64,000 bases of DNA from Paragordius varius (lineage: Eukaryota > Animalia > Nematomorpha). The stretch lies in contig OZ176060.1 in the NCBI GenBank assembly GCA_964247055.1, positions 1,488,001 to 1,552,000 on the forward strand. Direction: 5' to 3'. A model generated the notes under the pieces. It was not told where the DNA came from. It saw only the letters and a program-made list of their open reading frames with translations, and did not search any database. The position numbers were made by a program, and so were the translations under genes. Shown here one piece after another: positions 27,330-40,329 of the stretch. The stretch's first letter is position 1; each line of letters starts with the position of its first letter.

Positions 27330-29345
27330 TAGCGATTTTGTAGGAAAACTTCCTCCACTCGGTTCTGTTGTGGGCTTTTTGAGAAAGTTTTTGCAGTGAC
27401 ATTTTGATAGTGATAAGATTTTGTATATTCAGCGAATACGTCTTCGTCCTCTTCCTCCCAATTATTGGACAACATGGGGGGTAAAATGCAGCCTTGCCGC
27501 AGACGCATGATCATTGGGCTCCAGGAGGTCGGGTCATGTGGGGTGTTAAGTGATAGATAGGAGTTGGAGTATATGAATCTAATTAGTTTGATTAGGAGAT
27601 AGGAAACTCCTATTTGTTTGAGACCCTTCCAGAGAATGTCATGTTAAACGGTATCGAAAGCTTTAGAGAAACTCACAAATAATAGGTGTAGCTCATTTTG
27701 AAATTCACAGTTTTTTTCATTATCTATATGTTGTACATGTCTCGACATCCTCTTTTTTCTCTAAAGATTGCCTGTGTCATTGAGATTTCCGGGTTGGCAT
27801 ATGTTTGTAGACGATTTTATATTATTTTTTAAAACAATTTTGAGGTTTGGTTGATTAATGCTATTGTGCGGTAGTTTTTAAAAATTTAGGATCGCCTTTT
27901 TTGAATATCGGGACCACTAGTGATTTGTTCCAGTCCACATGGAAGGTTGCCTCATTGAAGATTTTTTGGAATAATGAATGAATTAATTTTATGGGAATGT
28001 GCCTTTGTAGCTCTGTAAGAATGTCATTAAATCCCTCTGCTTTGCCGGTTGATGGGTGCCTCAAGGCCCATTCAACTTCTTCTTTTAGTATTGGTGGGTC
28101 GTTAGTTTGTTCAAGGTTCATAGCGAATTTATTTGATTATTTTGTGAGCAAATTTTGCATGTATTTTTCCAAGTTAATTCCTTATTTTTTATCGTCTAGA
28201 GTTTTATTGTTTACATGGGACATTTGTATATTTGTTTTTTGCGCGATTGAATGTCTTTAATGTAAGAGAAATAGTTGTGATTAAGTTTGTCAGCTTACTC
28301 TAGGTTAGCGCAGATTATATTATAATTAGATTTTTGTCGGATCTAATGCCTTTTTATTACAAGGGGAGTGCTTTTGGATTTTGACATTCTTCTCTGATCA
28401 ATTAAGTCGATGTTGTCTTGGGATTAATTGGGTCAAGCGGTATAGTTTCTTTGGCCGTTCGGTGGTAATTTTGTAAATAGCTGACCAAATGTCATCAGTT
28501 TTAATGTTTCGTAGTTTAAGGATTAGAATTTATTGTTAAGGTAAGGGTGGGAGTGAATTTGGCAGGTATTAGTTTATAGTTCAATTTGGTTTTGCAAAAG
28601 TTTTTGTGGCTGTGGAAATTGTAACTTTTTTTATTTTGGCCATAAATAGGTTATGATCTAAATTACAGTCAACGCTCAAATAGCATCGGATGTTCTGGAA
28701 TGAGCTTTTTTATTTTGCATGCCCAATATATAATCAATTTGGTTCTTTCATTTACGGCACGGTGAGATCCAATTGTAAAGGCGTCTATTAGGCTGCTTGA
28801 AAAACGAATTTGCTATAAAGAAATTATGTTGTTGGCATAAATGAATTAGATATTCGCCTCGGGGGTTTTTGACTTTACCAAAGCCTTTTCCACCAGTAAC
28901 TTGTCTGTTTTATCGTTAGGTATGATGGCGTTAAAATCCCCGATGATGAAAGTTATATCTTTTTTGGATATTTCTCTGAGAGTCATTTGTAAGAAATTAT
29001 AAAACTTTTCGCATTCGTCTTTGGGTGAGACACTCGGGAGGCCAAGACTTGGTAATTTGATCGGAGATAGGACTATAAATATCGGTATGTTTGGCGAGAT
29101 AATTCGATATTAAAAAACCGCATCGATTTTATTTGAGCTCACCGCCTGAGTTATAAAACGAGTGATTGTCGAATATTTTGTGTGGATTTTGAATATGATT
29201 TTCCGACAGCCCTAACACATGGATGTTTAAGCGTTTCATCTCGCGAATTATTCTTATCTAAACTGCCACGAATATTCCATGCCGCCATGTTTACTTTTAA
29301 CGGGAGCTTATAGTAATTCCTTTCTGTGTGGAGATTTCGCATAGT
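27330..29345 (-). mobile_element. Degenerate non-LTR retrotransposon (APE + RT), distinct from the + strand RTEs
   Basis: AAWNIRG at ~29280; NDPPILKEEVEWAL...KAEGFND...LVVPIFKKGD at 27861-28121; LRQGCILPPML at ~27480-27510. Confidence 0.85.
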
Positions 29346-30685
29346 GGTGGTTACTGAGATATAAGATTCAATAGAAAAAATCAGTATGATATGTCCACTG
29401 ATGTTTAAAATAGTTTTTAGGGAATAAATTAATGATGGGGAATAAAACTGTCAATGATGTGCGATGAATATTTAGAATTGTATGTTCTGTAGGATGATTT
29501 TTCATGTGTACCTTAATAGAAATCAAGCAATATAATTATGTTTGTGTCATAAAGGTCCTGTATACTGGAAGATAAAGTGTGAATGATGAATTTTTTTACA
29601 AATAATAAAACTTATAATGGATTATGGATTATATGATCGTGCGTACGTGGGCTAGGTATTATTTATTTAGGATATATTTTTGTTTGAGATCAGTATGTGG
29701 GTTAAAAAATTTAAATAAAGTCCATTTATCACCGATGTAGTCAGATTTCCTAGAAAATTATAAGATATACGCATCTTAGGAGTGAACATACATACCAAGT
29801 TCTTCCTTAGCCTGCCCAGCCGATCACAAAATAGCTAACGATTATTGTAATGAAGAAATAAGCAATGGCGCATGAACTCGTCGTTAGCAGTATTTTTCTA
29901 AGAAAAAGTTAAAGATCAATCAAAGGATGTATCAGATATATATAATTTTGAAGAAAAAACCCTTCTATTCAGTAAAATGGTATTATTTTTATAAGGGTTT
30001 AGAAGGAGATAATAAATCAATTACATAATACTTTAAATCAAATGTCCTAATACCTTTCCTGTACAATTCGATGGAGAAAAAGATCTGTAGACTTAATTTT
30101 TTGCTTTGGGAAGTTTTTTGTCAATTTGTAATTGGGCATTTTAGTTCATGGATATTGGTCGATCTTTTCGCAAAAATACGCTCCTAATCAAAAAATTGTC
30201 ACCATTAATTATAAGGAAAATTATAATATATTGGATGTTTTGCATTACTTTTGCTCAAAAAAGTGTAAACCTTAAATTATTTTATGCTATTAAAAAACAA
30301 TCTTATACCGCATAATTATAGGTTTATTTGATTTTAATTTTTATGTCAAACGGATTTTTAGCCTTATTCCTGAAAGTATGAAGGACCATTTGGAAAATCT
30401 AATTGGTGATAATATTTTGCTTCTTTTTTGCATTTAAACTAGTATGGTCTTTTTTCTTCCCTTCCCTCCAATGCATGTTTAACTTAATTTAAAAATTAAT
30501 CATTATAGTTTTAATATTCTTTTAGTAATTAGTTTATTGGGAATTTTCCTTACTTGTGGCATCAGGACAAGTTTTATCTAAAGTAAATAATAATATAAAA
30601 TCCCCTAGAAAATCCATAAACAAAATTTGATTTTTATTGGTTCCGATATGTTGTCGAAAATAGCTAAAAAGGTCAAAACTTAGAG

Positions 30686-33600
30686 CAGGGGTCGGAAAGC
30701 TTTTTGGAAGGCGTACTTCGGAAAAAATTCCAACCGGGCCGCACAATTAAATGTAACTAGTTATTGCTTTTATATAATTTTCGGGTATAAATATTACAAT
30801 GAATATTCAATTTATTTTATATCAACTGTTAAAATTTTATACTATGTAAAGTAAAAGAATACAATTTCATTATATGAATAACCTATCTATTTAAAAAAGT
30901 TTAATATTATTGCCCATAAATAACCGGTATAATTTAGAGATTTCAGAATTTCTAAATAAAATTGTCAGAGGATGTAATTTAAGAATAGGTAAGCCAAGGG
31001 AAGTGTTAAATAATAATTATAAAATTCATGTTAACATTTCATGTAGTCACGATTCAATGAAAAGTAAATAACGAACTATTTTCATATCTTGTTTACTTAT
31101 CTTAAAATAAATGATCATTGTCGTTTTTCTACTTTCTTATCTTTCGACAAAGAATCTCCAAAATCAATTTATTAAATTTCTATAAAAACTTTAAACAAAT
31201 TTCAAAGATTAAATATTAAACAATCAAAACATTAAACCAGGCCCTACTAATTACAAAACTTGTTGAAAATCTTCATTATTGAATTTAGCCTAATTATTTA
31301 AGTATATTTTAAAAGCAATAAAAAGGATAACCTTATTTTATATTGTCTAATTATTTATCTTGTGTTTGCTATATCATCAAATAATTATAAAAAATTTCGT
31401 CCCTTAATCTCGCTCCATGGTTAGATTTTATGATATTTATTTGTGAAATTGTCTACATAAATAAGTACTAGAAAATATACAATCATGGATTTAGCGAAAT
31501 TTCTTAGATAAAATTTTATGGAAATTTAAATAAAATATAATTACACATTTTCATATAAAATTTTATAAGCACTGCTAGATTGCAAACCAATTGATTCCAT
31601 TAGAACACACTCATGTGCTAATAACAAAACTAAAAGGTTTTTTAAACTTAAGTATATCTATACCATTTGCATAAAAATCTTTAAACCGATTTTGAAAATT
31701 TCATCCAGAACGTTTGGTGAATTCATAAAAATATACATTGTGTCGTTTTTGGTTACAAACGATTGTACAGTAAAATGACAGTAATTATTTTTTTCAAGGT
31801 GGGAAATAAACAGTTTTATTTTTAGCTGAAACCTTTTATTAAACTCGTTAATTAAATTTCCCTTTCCTTGTAATAATAAATTCAATTTATTAAGACAACT
31901 AGGAAATACGAGAAATGCTAACTCAATCAACCATTCAAAATTTGTTCCTCATATTATTTCCATGTTCTATTAGAAACATTTCGATCTCAGCTATTAACTC
32001 GAAAAATCTTTTTAAATTTTACCGCGACTGAGCCATCTTATTTTAGAAAAATAAATGATATCTTCATATTCTGCCCAATTTCATTTAACATTATTCGAAA
32101 TAGTCGATGGTTACCCGTTTATCCAGAAAAAATTTATAGATTTTACAAAAATAGTCATAACATTTTATAAATTTACAACTTTGCGTATAGTGCGTATTGG
32201 TGAATAACACTAGTATCGACAAATTTGTACATTTTTGAGCACCACTACTGATTTTAAATTATGGCTAATTTGAGTGCTTTAACCAAATCTGAAATTTTTT
32301 TTATTCCCCAATCAGTTAAGATATTATAGGTTTTTCAATTTATCAAAAGCAAGAGAAAATCGAGAGAATATTAAATATAACTTTATAATACAAAGTTATA
32401 TAATATAAAATTAATATCATTGATAAAACGTTTTAAACTCTATCTTTTGAATAAAAATATGTCATTTAAATATCAGGATAAAATAGTACGGATATAAACG
32501 TCAAAATTCAGTTTTTTTCAAGCTAATTTTAAACACATATAAATTTATATTAAAAAAAATACTAAAAGACGCATTCTATGGTTTAAACCTTCGGCTTTCA
32601 AGGCTATATTTATTATATTAGTTTTCGTTATTTCGACTTAGGGGTTTTATCTTCGGTTGATTCTATAAATCCTCTATTTATACTTAGTGGATATAATTTA
32701 TTTTTTAAAATGATTGGTTGCTCTGTATTTTGAATTTCAGATGGATGTTGAGTAGCCACTTTTAGTAGAATTTACTATTATGGGATCAGACCATTTGTAT
32801 TTACCAATTTTTTGGTATTTATCTAACTTTATTCTGTCAATTAGTTAATTTGACTATCAATTTGCCTGGATTTTGCTTGCAAGTCTATCTATCGGGCTCT
32901 ACGAATACTTATTGTTACCTTTACCTAATCTGGCATAATTATAGCATCGCTTGGGGGATATGCAGAGCTTGTGCAGCCGCCCGGATCTATCACACTATAC
33001 ATAAGCCCCTTTTAGATTTTAATACTTTGGCTCTTAGCTGTTTAGTATCTCATTTTATTTATGCCTAGAATTATATTCATGCAAATTAATTTTTTGTACA
33101 AATTTTAGTGTTGATTACAGTTTATATATCCATTTACTCGTATATCATTGAAGGTACTTCCACAACAAATTGTATAAATACATATTAAAATTATTCTCAA
33201 TATTTTCATTTTCTTTTTACCTACAAATTTTTAATTAATATCAATAAAATAAATATTAATTTATTGTATATATTAATAATTATGTAGCATTAAAATTCCA
33301 GATATAAATATTGTTTCGCGAGTTGTATCTCGCTTCTTTTATATCCTGATGCATTGTCTCACTAACTTGATCGGTAATGCAATTAAACGGAAATTATATT
33401 CATCTATAACGTCATAGTCATTTTACAGCTTACATTTCATATAAATAATATACCCATCCGATAGTAACTTTCTACAAGCTCCTGGACTAATATAATACTC
33501 CTCTGACTTATGTGATCCTGATATTTAAAAATATTTTATCCCCAGTGTTACATTTTAAAGCTTCTCTAGCTTTATCCTTTGCAGATAATAGGTTTATAAA

Positions 33601-35278
33601 GTAGTTCTTTTGAAAAAATTTTTTATTTAAGGCCCATTAGTTAACCCCGCATCTGGCTTTACTGAGTTTATAATAATTTTGAAAGTACATGAATGGGGCT
33701 GAATGTATCTCAAGATTTTTTACGTTAGGCAGTTTATATTTTTAATATAAAGATCAACGGCATTTTCAGATAAAGTTTTATTTAATGGATAATAACATTT
33801 TCTGCAAAGTCTTCGTTAAGAAAAATGGGGGGCCCATGCTTCGTCATTATCAATCTTGGTTTCAAAATATTTTGTATTAAGTTTTCCAGTATTAATCAAT
33901 ATTCCGCAAGTTATTTTTCTTAAATATATATTTACCACAGCAGATGCAAAATTTATTTAGATCATTTTTGCGCTTTCGTACTAAAATTAAAACACTTGGA
34001 TCTGGAATGGTACTTGTATCGACTTGCTAGTTTAAATTTTAAACATATGTACACGAGGAATAATTGTTTTTTTTAATTAAATACAAAATTAAAAACTAAA
34101 TGGAAAAATCCTATTGGTGGCCTCAAATTTTTGTATGTTTTGGCCTTTCCATGCCATTAGGTATCGGAAAATGCAAAAAAATGGGGTGGTGCAAAACCTT
34201 GTTGAGCAGTGCAATGCAATGAAGTTGAATTGGAGACTTTTGTTTAAATTTTTGAATTTATTATTAATCAGGCCAATCAAACTAGTTTTATAATCCGTGA
34301 CGTTCTTTGCCCCATCAGTGGCCACATTTTTAATTGTTCCCATTTGAGATCGCTTAAATAAAAACATATGAGCATAAATATATCTTCATTTCTTGTTTGC
34401 TTGTGTGGATGCAATGCAGCAAGTTCTTCTGTTATAAAGAATTGTTTATCAATTCCTCGGATAAAAATTAATTGAGCTGCACTTGTTATGCCATAGCTTT
34501 CATGGAGCGCTATTGAGAAGTATTCAAATCGGGAAGTATTTTCATTTAGTTTTTGATCCATATCAGCTGATATATTTCAATTCGTCGCACAATGGCATGT
34601 GCCGTCAAGCTTAAAATTCAAACCTTTCCATTTGTTCGGGGCTATTTGTTTGCCGACAGCAAGGAGACACTTTTTATACACTCTCCTTCGGTGAACGGTT
34701 TATTGTGTTCTGCAATCAATTTCGACATATCAAAGGAAGTTTTGATCAATGCAGAATTATGCAGGTTGCTTTTCATTAAAATATTTTGCTGGTTTTCTGG
34801 GGATTTTTAATTATTTAATTTCGTTTTGTCAAAACTGAAAAGAATCGCATTCATTTTTGTGTTTCGTTTTAAATTAATAACGTAAATTAATTTCTTTAAA
34901 CACATTTGTTGATTCTTTGCATATTGAGCGTAATGTTTTGTTGTAAATTTTAATAATAATCATAAGTACAATTTACATTAAGCGGTTTCTCCTTATTATT
35001 TTATATTTTATTAAATTTTTTCTATAGTAAAATGTAAATGTTACCAATCTTAATTTTTAAAGTATTCATTGTTTATGTGAGCATATAAAAATCTAGCCTC
35101 AAACTGGTCAAATGATAGAATGCATTTTAAGCAACCCCTATATTTAATACAAAACTAGGTAATGTTTATTATTTGTGTAACAAAATAAGTTTTTTGCACA
35201 GTCGAGCTAAAATTAAGACTTTTTTTGAAAAAATTTCAGGCAGCATACAGCCCGAGGGCCGCCCTTTGCCGACCCCTG
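30686..35278 (-). mobile_element. hAT (SPIN/GTF2IRD2-like) transposon relic bounded by CAGGGGTCGG TIRs
   Basis: TIRs caggggtcggaaag (30686) and ctttgccgacccctg (35278); flanks acttagag/actagaga. Transposase pieces on the minus strand: FSIALHES...AQLIFIRGID, VATDGA, LHC (34200-34860) and IHQ, RWLSRGK, LAFL..LNKLNLLLQG (31658-32235). Confidence 0.8.
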
Positions 35279-35423
35279 ACTAGAGATAAACCAAATATAT
35301 AAGGAAAAATCCATTTAGATGAGATCATCGATAATAAATCCATAGAATTATGTTGCTATTTTATTATTTGTGCTTTTATTGTACTAGTTTTAATTTGGCT
35401 ATCCTAATGATTATTTTTTCATT

Positions 35424-37433
35424 AAGGAGGTTATACACAAGGATCTGTGGTAACTATAAGAACCAAATCGATTACATAATATGTATACAAAAATGGAAAT
35501 GCTCTATAGTCGATACAAAGACAAGCAAAAGCAGCGATTGCTCTAGCGATCATGAGCTCTTAGTAACCAAGATCAAACTTAAAATAATAAAAAATAAGGT
35601 TAAACAAACATACAGATATGATACTAGGAACATTCCGAATAGTTTTAGAACAGAAACAAAAGATAGATTAGAAAGATTGTACAATGAATGTAGCTCAGAA
35701 CATTTATGGGGAACGATAAAAAATGTTATTAATGAAGTGGCAAAAGAAAAAGTGCAAAGGGTAAAGAGGAAAGATAATAAAAATATATCAGAAAAGAGTT
35801 AAGAGATAGCAGAAAAGCGGAGAAAAACTAAATCTTGGGAATAATGAAATGCTTAAATTATATAACAAAGAATTTCAACGACTAACAAGGAAGGATATGA
35901 AGAATTTTTTAAAATGTTTGGAAGTGGAATTAAATAACAAAAAAGGATTAATGCAACCAATGTTCCAGAAACTTAAGCTAATGGCTCCAAACCTTATATA
36001 TCCTAAAAGATCAAAAAAGAGAATGGCACCATATTGTGCAAACAAACAGGAGTACGAGAAAGATGGCTAGAAACGTTACACAAGTTATGTCAAAAAATGT
36101 GGGAAACATGTAAGTGGCCAAACGACTGGATATCATCTGTATATCCAATATACAAAAAAGGTGATCTACTCTAGTGCGAAAACTACCGAAACATAGCTCT
36201 TATTAGCCACGCTAGTAAGGTCTTACTAAATATAATACAAAACAGGATGCACAGTATTATACAGTCAGAAATACCAGAAAATCAAGCCGGATTTATGAAA
36301 GGAAAAAGCACAAGAGACCATATATCAAACATTAGAAGGATAATGGAAACATCCAGAGAGTTTCAGAAAAAATTATACATGTGTTTTATTAATTACAGAC
36401 AAGCCTTCAATTCGATAAATTATGACTCCTTGTGGAAAACATAGTTAGTAGGGGGATCGTCCCACTTAATAAAATTGATTAGCTTTCTCTATTTAAAACA
36501 AAGAGGGATAATAAGAACATCAGCGGGGGACACAGATGAAATACCTATCTTGAAAGGAGTCAGACAAACTGTTGCTTATCCATCTGTTCAATATGTCCAC
36601 AGAAATGATAATGAGGAAGTTAGATGGTAAAAATATTGGTGTAAGAATAGGAAAGAGAACAATCAATAATTTAAGGTTTGCAGACAATACCACTCTTATA
36701 GCTGAAAATGTAGATGATATAAAGGAATTGATCGAAGAGATTCGAAAGAAAAATTTGAGTTATGGTATTATGCTTAATTTTAACAAAACCAAAATATTAT
36801 GTACTGGAGGAAAGCCTACAATTATTGTAGAGGGAGTGGAAATAGAAGTAGTTAAACAGTTAACTTTTTTGGTGCTATAATCTCCGAGGATGGCTATTCA
36901 ACTCCAGAAAGAGAATAGGATTGGGTAGAGAATCGATGATCAAATTAATAAAGATTTGGAAAAATAGAAGCGTACGGGTTGAAACTAAAAAAAGATTACT
37001 CTACTGTTTTGTTTTCCCGGTCACCACGTATGGTTGTGAGAGCTGGACCCTCAGAAAAAGAATCAAATAAAGTTTCATAGCTAAAGGAGCTGCTGTTAGG
37101 ATGCTAGGATACACATGGAAAGATAAAACTAAGAGTAGACTAACTACAAAAATAAATCCTAAAACAAACATCTTGGAGATAATTATATAAGGAACGTTAA
37201 CATATTTTAATCATGTCATGCGATCGAATTCTCTAGAAAAAGACACATTGTTTGGGATGGTAGAAGGACAAAAAAACGAGGCCGACCACCGATGAGGTGG
37301 TTGGATAACATTTAATTGGAGACTATGATATTGAACGATCTCAATCTAGCGGTAAAAGATAGAAGAAAGTGGAAAGAAATAGTCAAAACAATATCCAAAA
37401 AGTCGTTTACGACTTAGGAATAACCAACTAACC
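35424..37433 (+). mobile_element. 5'-truncated RTE-clade LINE with internal deletion and ~18-bp TSD
   Basis: Colinear with 22010-24180 except for a deletion near 36068. TSD aatgattattttttcatt (35406-35423) / aataattattttttcatt (37434-37451). Confidence 0.92.
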
Positions 37434-37694
37434 AATAATTATTTTTTCATTTTATACCTACTGCAAATAAATCTATTTTTTTAACCATTATGTTTCTCAA
37501 AAAAAGCTGCAAGAATAATATAAAAATCAATACCAGGAATAATGCTAAGCCATTACCGGTTTATCTAAAAAAATTCCCGTGAAAGTATGCAGCCGATTAA
37601 TTTGACTCATCATTATTGTTTTTCTGAGATCAAACGACCACTTACAAGTTGAGTCGCCATAAACTTGCGAATTTAATGATTGTAATCTGGAACT

Positions 37695-38406
37695 TTATGC
37701 CTGAAAAAAACATTAGTGACATGCATTGTTTTTCTTTCCCCGTCGGAAAAAAGGTGATGAAATTTTTTGCTGTTAGTATATATTTACCATGCTCCATCAA
37801 TTAAAACATGTGTAACATGGTCGAAATTTAAAGTTGTGATTTTAATCTGTAAGAGAGAATCGCTTTGCAGACCACACAACTGCGAAGACGAATGTGTACA
37901 AGTATTGAATGATGATTTAACTTAAAGTCAGCCGCAATGGACAGAAGCAAAACATGCATCACAAAAAACAATCAGTAGACGTCAAACAATTCGAAGGACT
38001 AATAAATGTAAATGGGAGGAAAATAATTGTTTAACCCTGGGAAGGCCAGATTTGGCAAGAAGACTATTTTTAGGTAGACCACTGCAGTATTATATAGTAT
38101 AAACTTTCGAAGCAAGATTGAACCATTGATACAGAATGCTCGCCAACAAATACTTAATTTAAACTATGCATTGGTCAAAAAGCGACCGAAATGGGTCAGA
38201 AATTATAAGAAAGTGATTTTGCTACATGACAATGCTACGTCTTACGCACGAAAACCCGTCAAAACACATTCATTAGGCAATTCTTCCGCATCCGCCGCAG
38301 TTTCTTGACATTGGACCATCTGACTATACGTCTTCGTATCAATGGGCCAAACGCTCCCAGAGAAACACTTAAATATTGAACACCTTATAAACGAATCAAG
38401 AAATGT
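37695..38406 (+). mobile_element. Mariner (DD34D-type) transposase relic, 5' and central part
   Basis: ALVKKRPKW...VILLHDNA, followed by frameshifted PHPP.S.D..PSDY. The C-terminal piece resumes at ~42449-42530. Confidence 0.85.
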
Positions 38407-38551
38407 TAAAATAATAATTTGAAATCTCGTAAAATTTATATTGAACTATATCCAAATACAAGGTAGTATCTTTACTAATGGATAAACTAAAAACAAAAAA
38501 AAATAATATAATAGATATATTAAACAAAATTTGAAAAAATAATTATAAATT

Positions 38552-39979
38552 ATGAAAAAAACAAAAAATGCAAAGTATGATATCCATGTGGTTTCTCTTT
38601 ATTGTTTTGTTCGTGGAGTGGTAAGTATTTTAAAATAATCGTTCCTTTTAAGAAGTTTTTGGTGACCTTGTTAAGTTCTTTTCTCTCCTCTTGATAAGGT
38701 GTATACTATTTGAATGGATGCAACAAGTCTTTGAAATCAACCTGTCGGATAATTTGTCGGCTTGAGTAATGGATGCTGGGGCGAAGGTGTGGCCTGTATT
38801 CTTGCAATGGTCGTAGACGGCCGAACCTTTTCTATAATGCTCTTTTTCTCTAATATTGAAAGGGCGTTTAGATTGTCCAATATAGTGCGCTGAACATTTA
38901 TTACATTTTTTGTGGTAAACGGTACATTCGTTTTTAGGTTCTAGGCGTGGAGTTAACAAACTCAATAAATTTGGTGGTTTGTAATAAACACGCACATCGT
39001 TTTTTGTTACAATGTTGTTAATTTTTATATATTGTTATAAGTCAGGCATATACATCTTTCGGGCGAATTTTGCTTTTCTCTTAATTTTAATATATTATTT
39101 ATTGAATCGGTTATCCAATGCCTTTTATAACCTTGATCAAGTAACATGGTTACAATTTCCGATGTTTGAGATGTTCGTACCTTTATGTCATTTGGTAATC
39201 TAAGCATTCCTTTTAGAAACGCGTCTGTTATTTTGTAAGTTTCTATTGGATGGTAAGATGTATTGGGTAGAAAAAGTTCTTTATAATGAACTTGTCTGGA
39301 TATACTGCTGTTTTTACGGGTAAGATTAAGGTCTAAAAAGTTGATAATGTTGTTCCTTTCTTCCTCTATTGTTATTTTTAACTCGAATATTTGTTGAAAA
39401 TGTTTAGGAAAACTTTAATATTGTCAATAATGGTGATGATTAAAATATCATCTACATAACGGGTATAGAGGTTTGATATGCCTGACTTATAACAATATAT
39501 CCAAAAAAATTAACAACATTACAACAATAAACGATGTGCGTGTTTATTACAAACCACCAAAGATTTATTGAGTTTGTTAGGACCACGCCTAGAACCTAAA
39601 AACGAATGTATCGTTTGTCACAAGAAATAAAATGATTGTCCACGCACTATATTGGACAATTTAACGTCCTTTCGGTATTAGAGAAAAAGAAAATAGAAAA
39701 CGTTCGGCCGTCTACGACCATTGCAAGAATAGAGGCCACACCTTCGCCCCAGTATCCATTATAGCAAGCCGACAAATTCGACAGGTTGATTTTTGAGGCT
39801 TGTTTCATTTATTCAAATTGTATACACCTTATCAACAGAAGAGAGGGGAGAAAAGAACTTGACATGGTCACCAAAGACTTCTAAGGAACAGATTATTTTA
39901 AAATATTTACCACTCCAAGAAAAAAACAATAAAGAGAAACCACATGGATATCACACTTTGCATTTTTTGTTTTTATCAT
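38552..39979 (-). mobile_element. Penelope-like retroelement, 5'-truncated, with inverted terminal (pLTR) copy
   Basis: RT YTRYVDDILI at 39447-39458, NFLDLNL and SYHP; GIY-YIG endonuclease VYHKKCNKCSAHYIGQSKR...EH...SAVYDHC..GH at 38648-38995. 38552-39051 is inverted-duplicated at 39476-39979. Confidence 0.9.
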
Positions 39980-40329
39980 CTATATATTTAAAAAAATAAA
40001 AAATGCTGGCTTTGTGATCTGTTTCCGGAAAACCGGTAGACCCATTTAAATCCAAATGTCGAAAAATATAATCATTAATGAATACCCCGACAATAGCTTC
40101 GCCTTTTAGGCCCCCAGTTCGGGCCCACCCCGTATAAAAAACGGTTTTTTTGGAAAACAGAAGTACACAAAAATCTTGTCTGTGAGACAATTATGCGGAA
40201 AACGTGTTGGACCATTCAATTTCAAATGTATTTTTTTTACTTATTTTCGATTGCACTGAACATATTCGGCTCGCTTTTTAATTTAGGCCCTCTTTTTAAC
40301 CGCTCCCCCGTAGAATGCCATTTTTTTAA

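Noticed and set aside
32600-33100. Retroelement-like fragment inside the hAT (KYKWSDPIIV)
   Set aside because: A single weak motif with multiple stops; left unassigned.
22905-36174. Shared TAG in both RTEs as a sign of stop-codon reassignment
   Set aside because: Both host genes translate cleanly in the standard code without read-through, and the RTEs also contain frameshifts.
38552-39979. Hammerhead ribozyme in the Penelope pLTR
   Set aside because: No CUGANGA core with matching GAAA stems was found by eye; an Infernal search would be needed to exclude variants.
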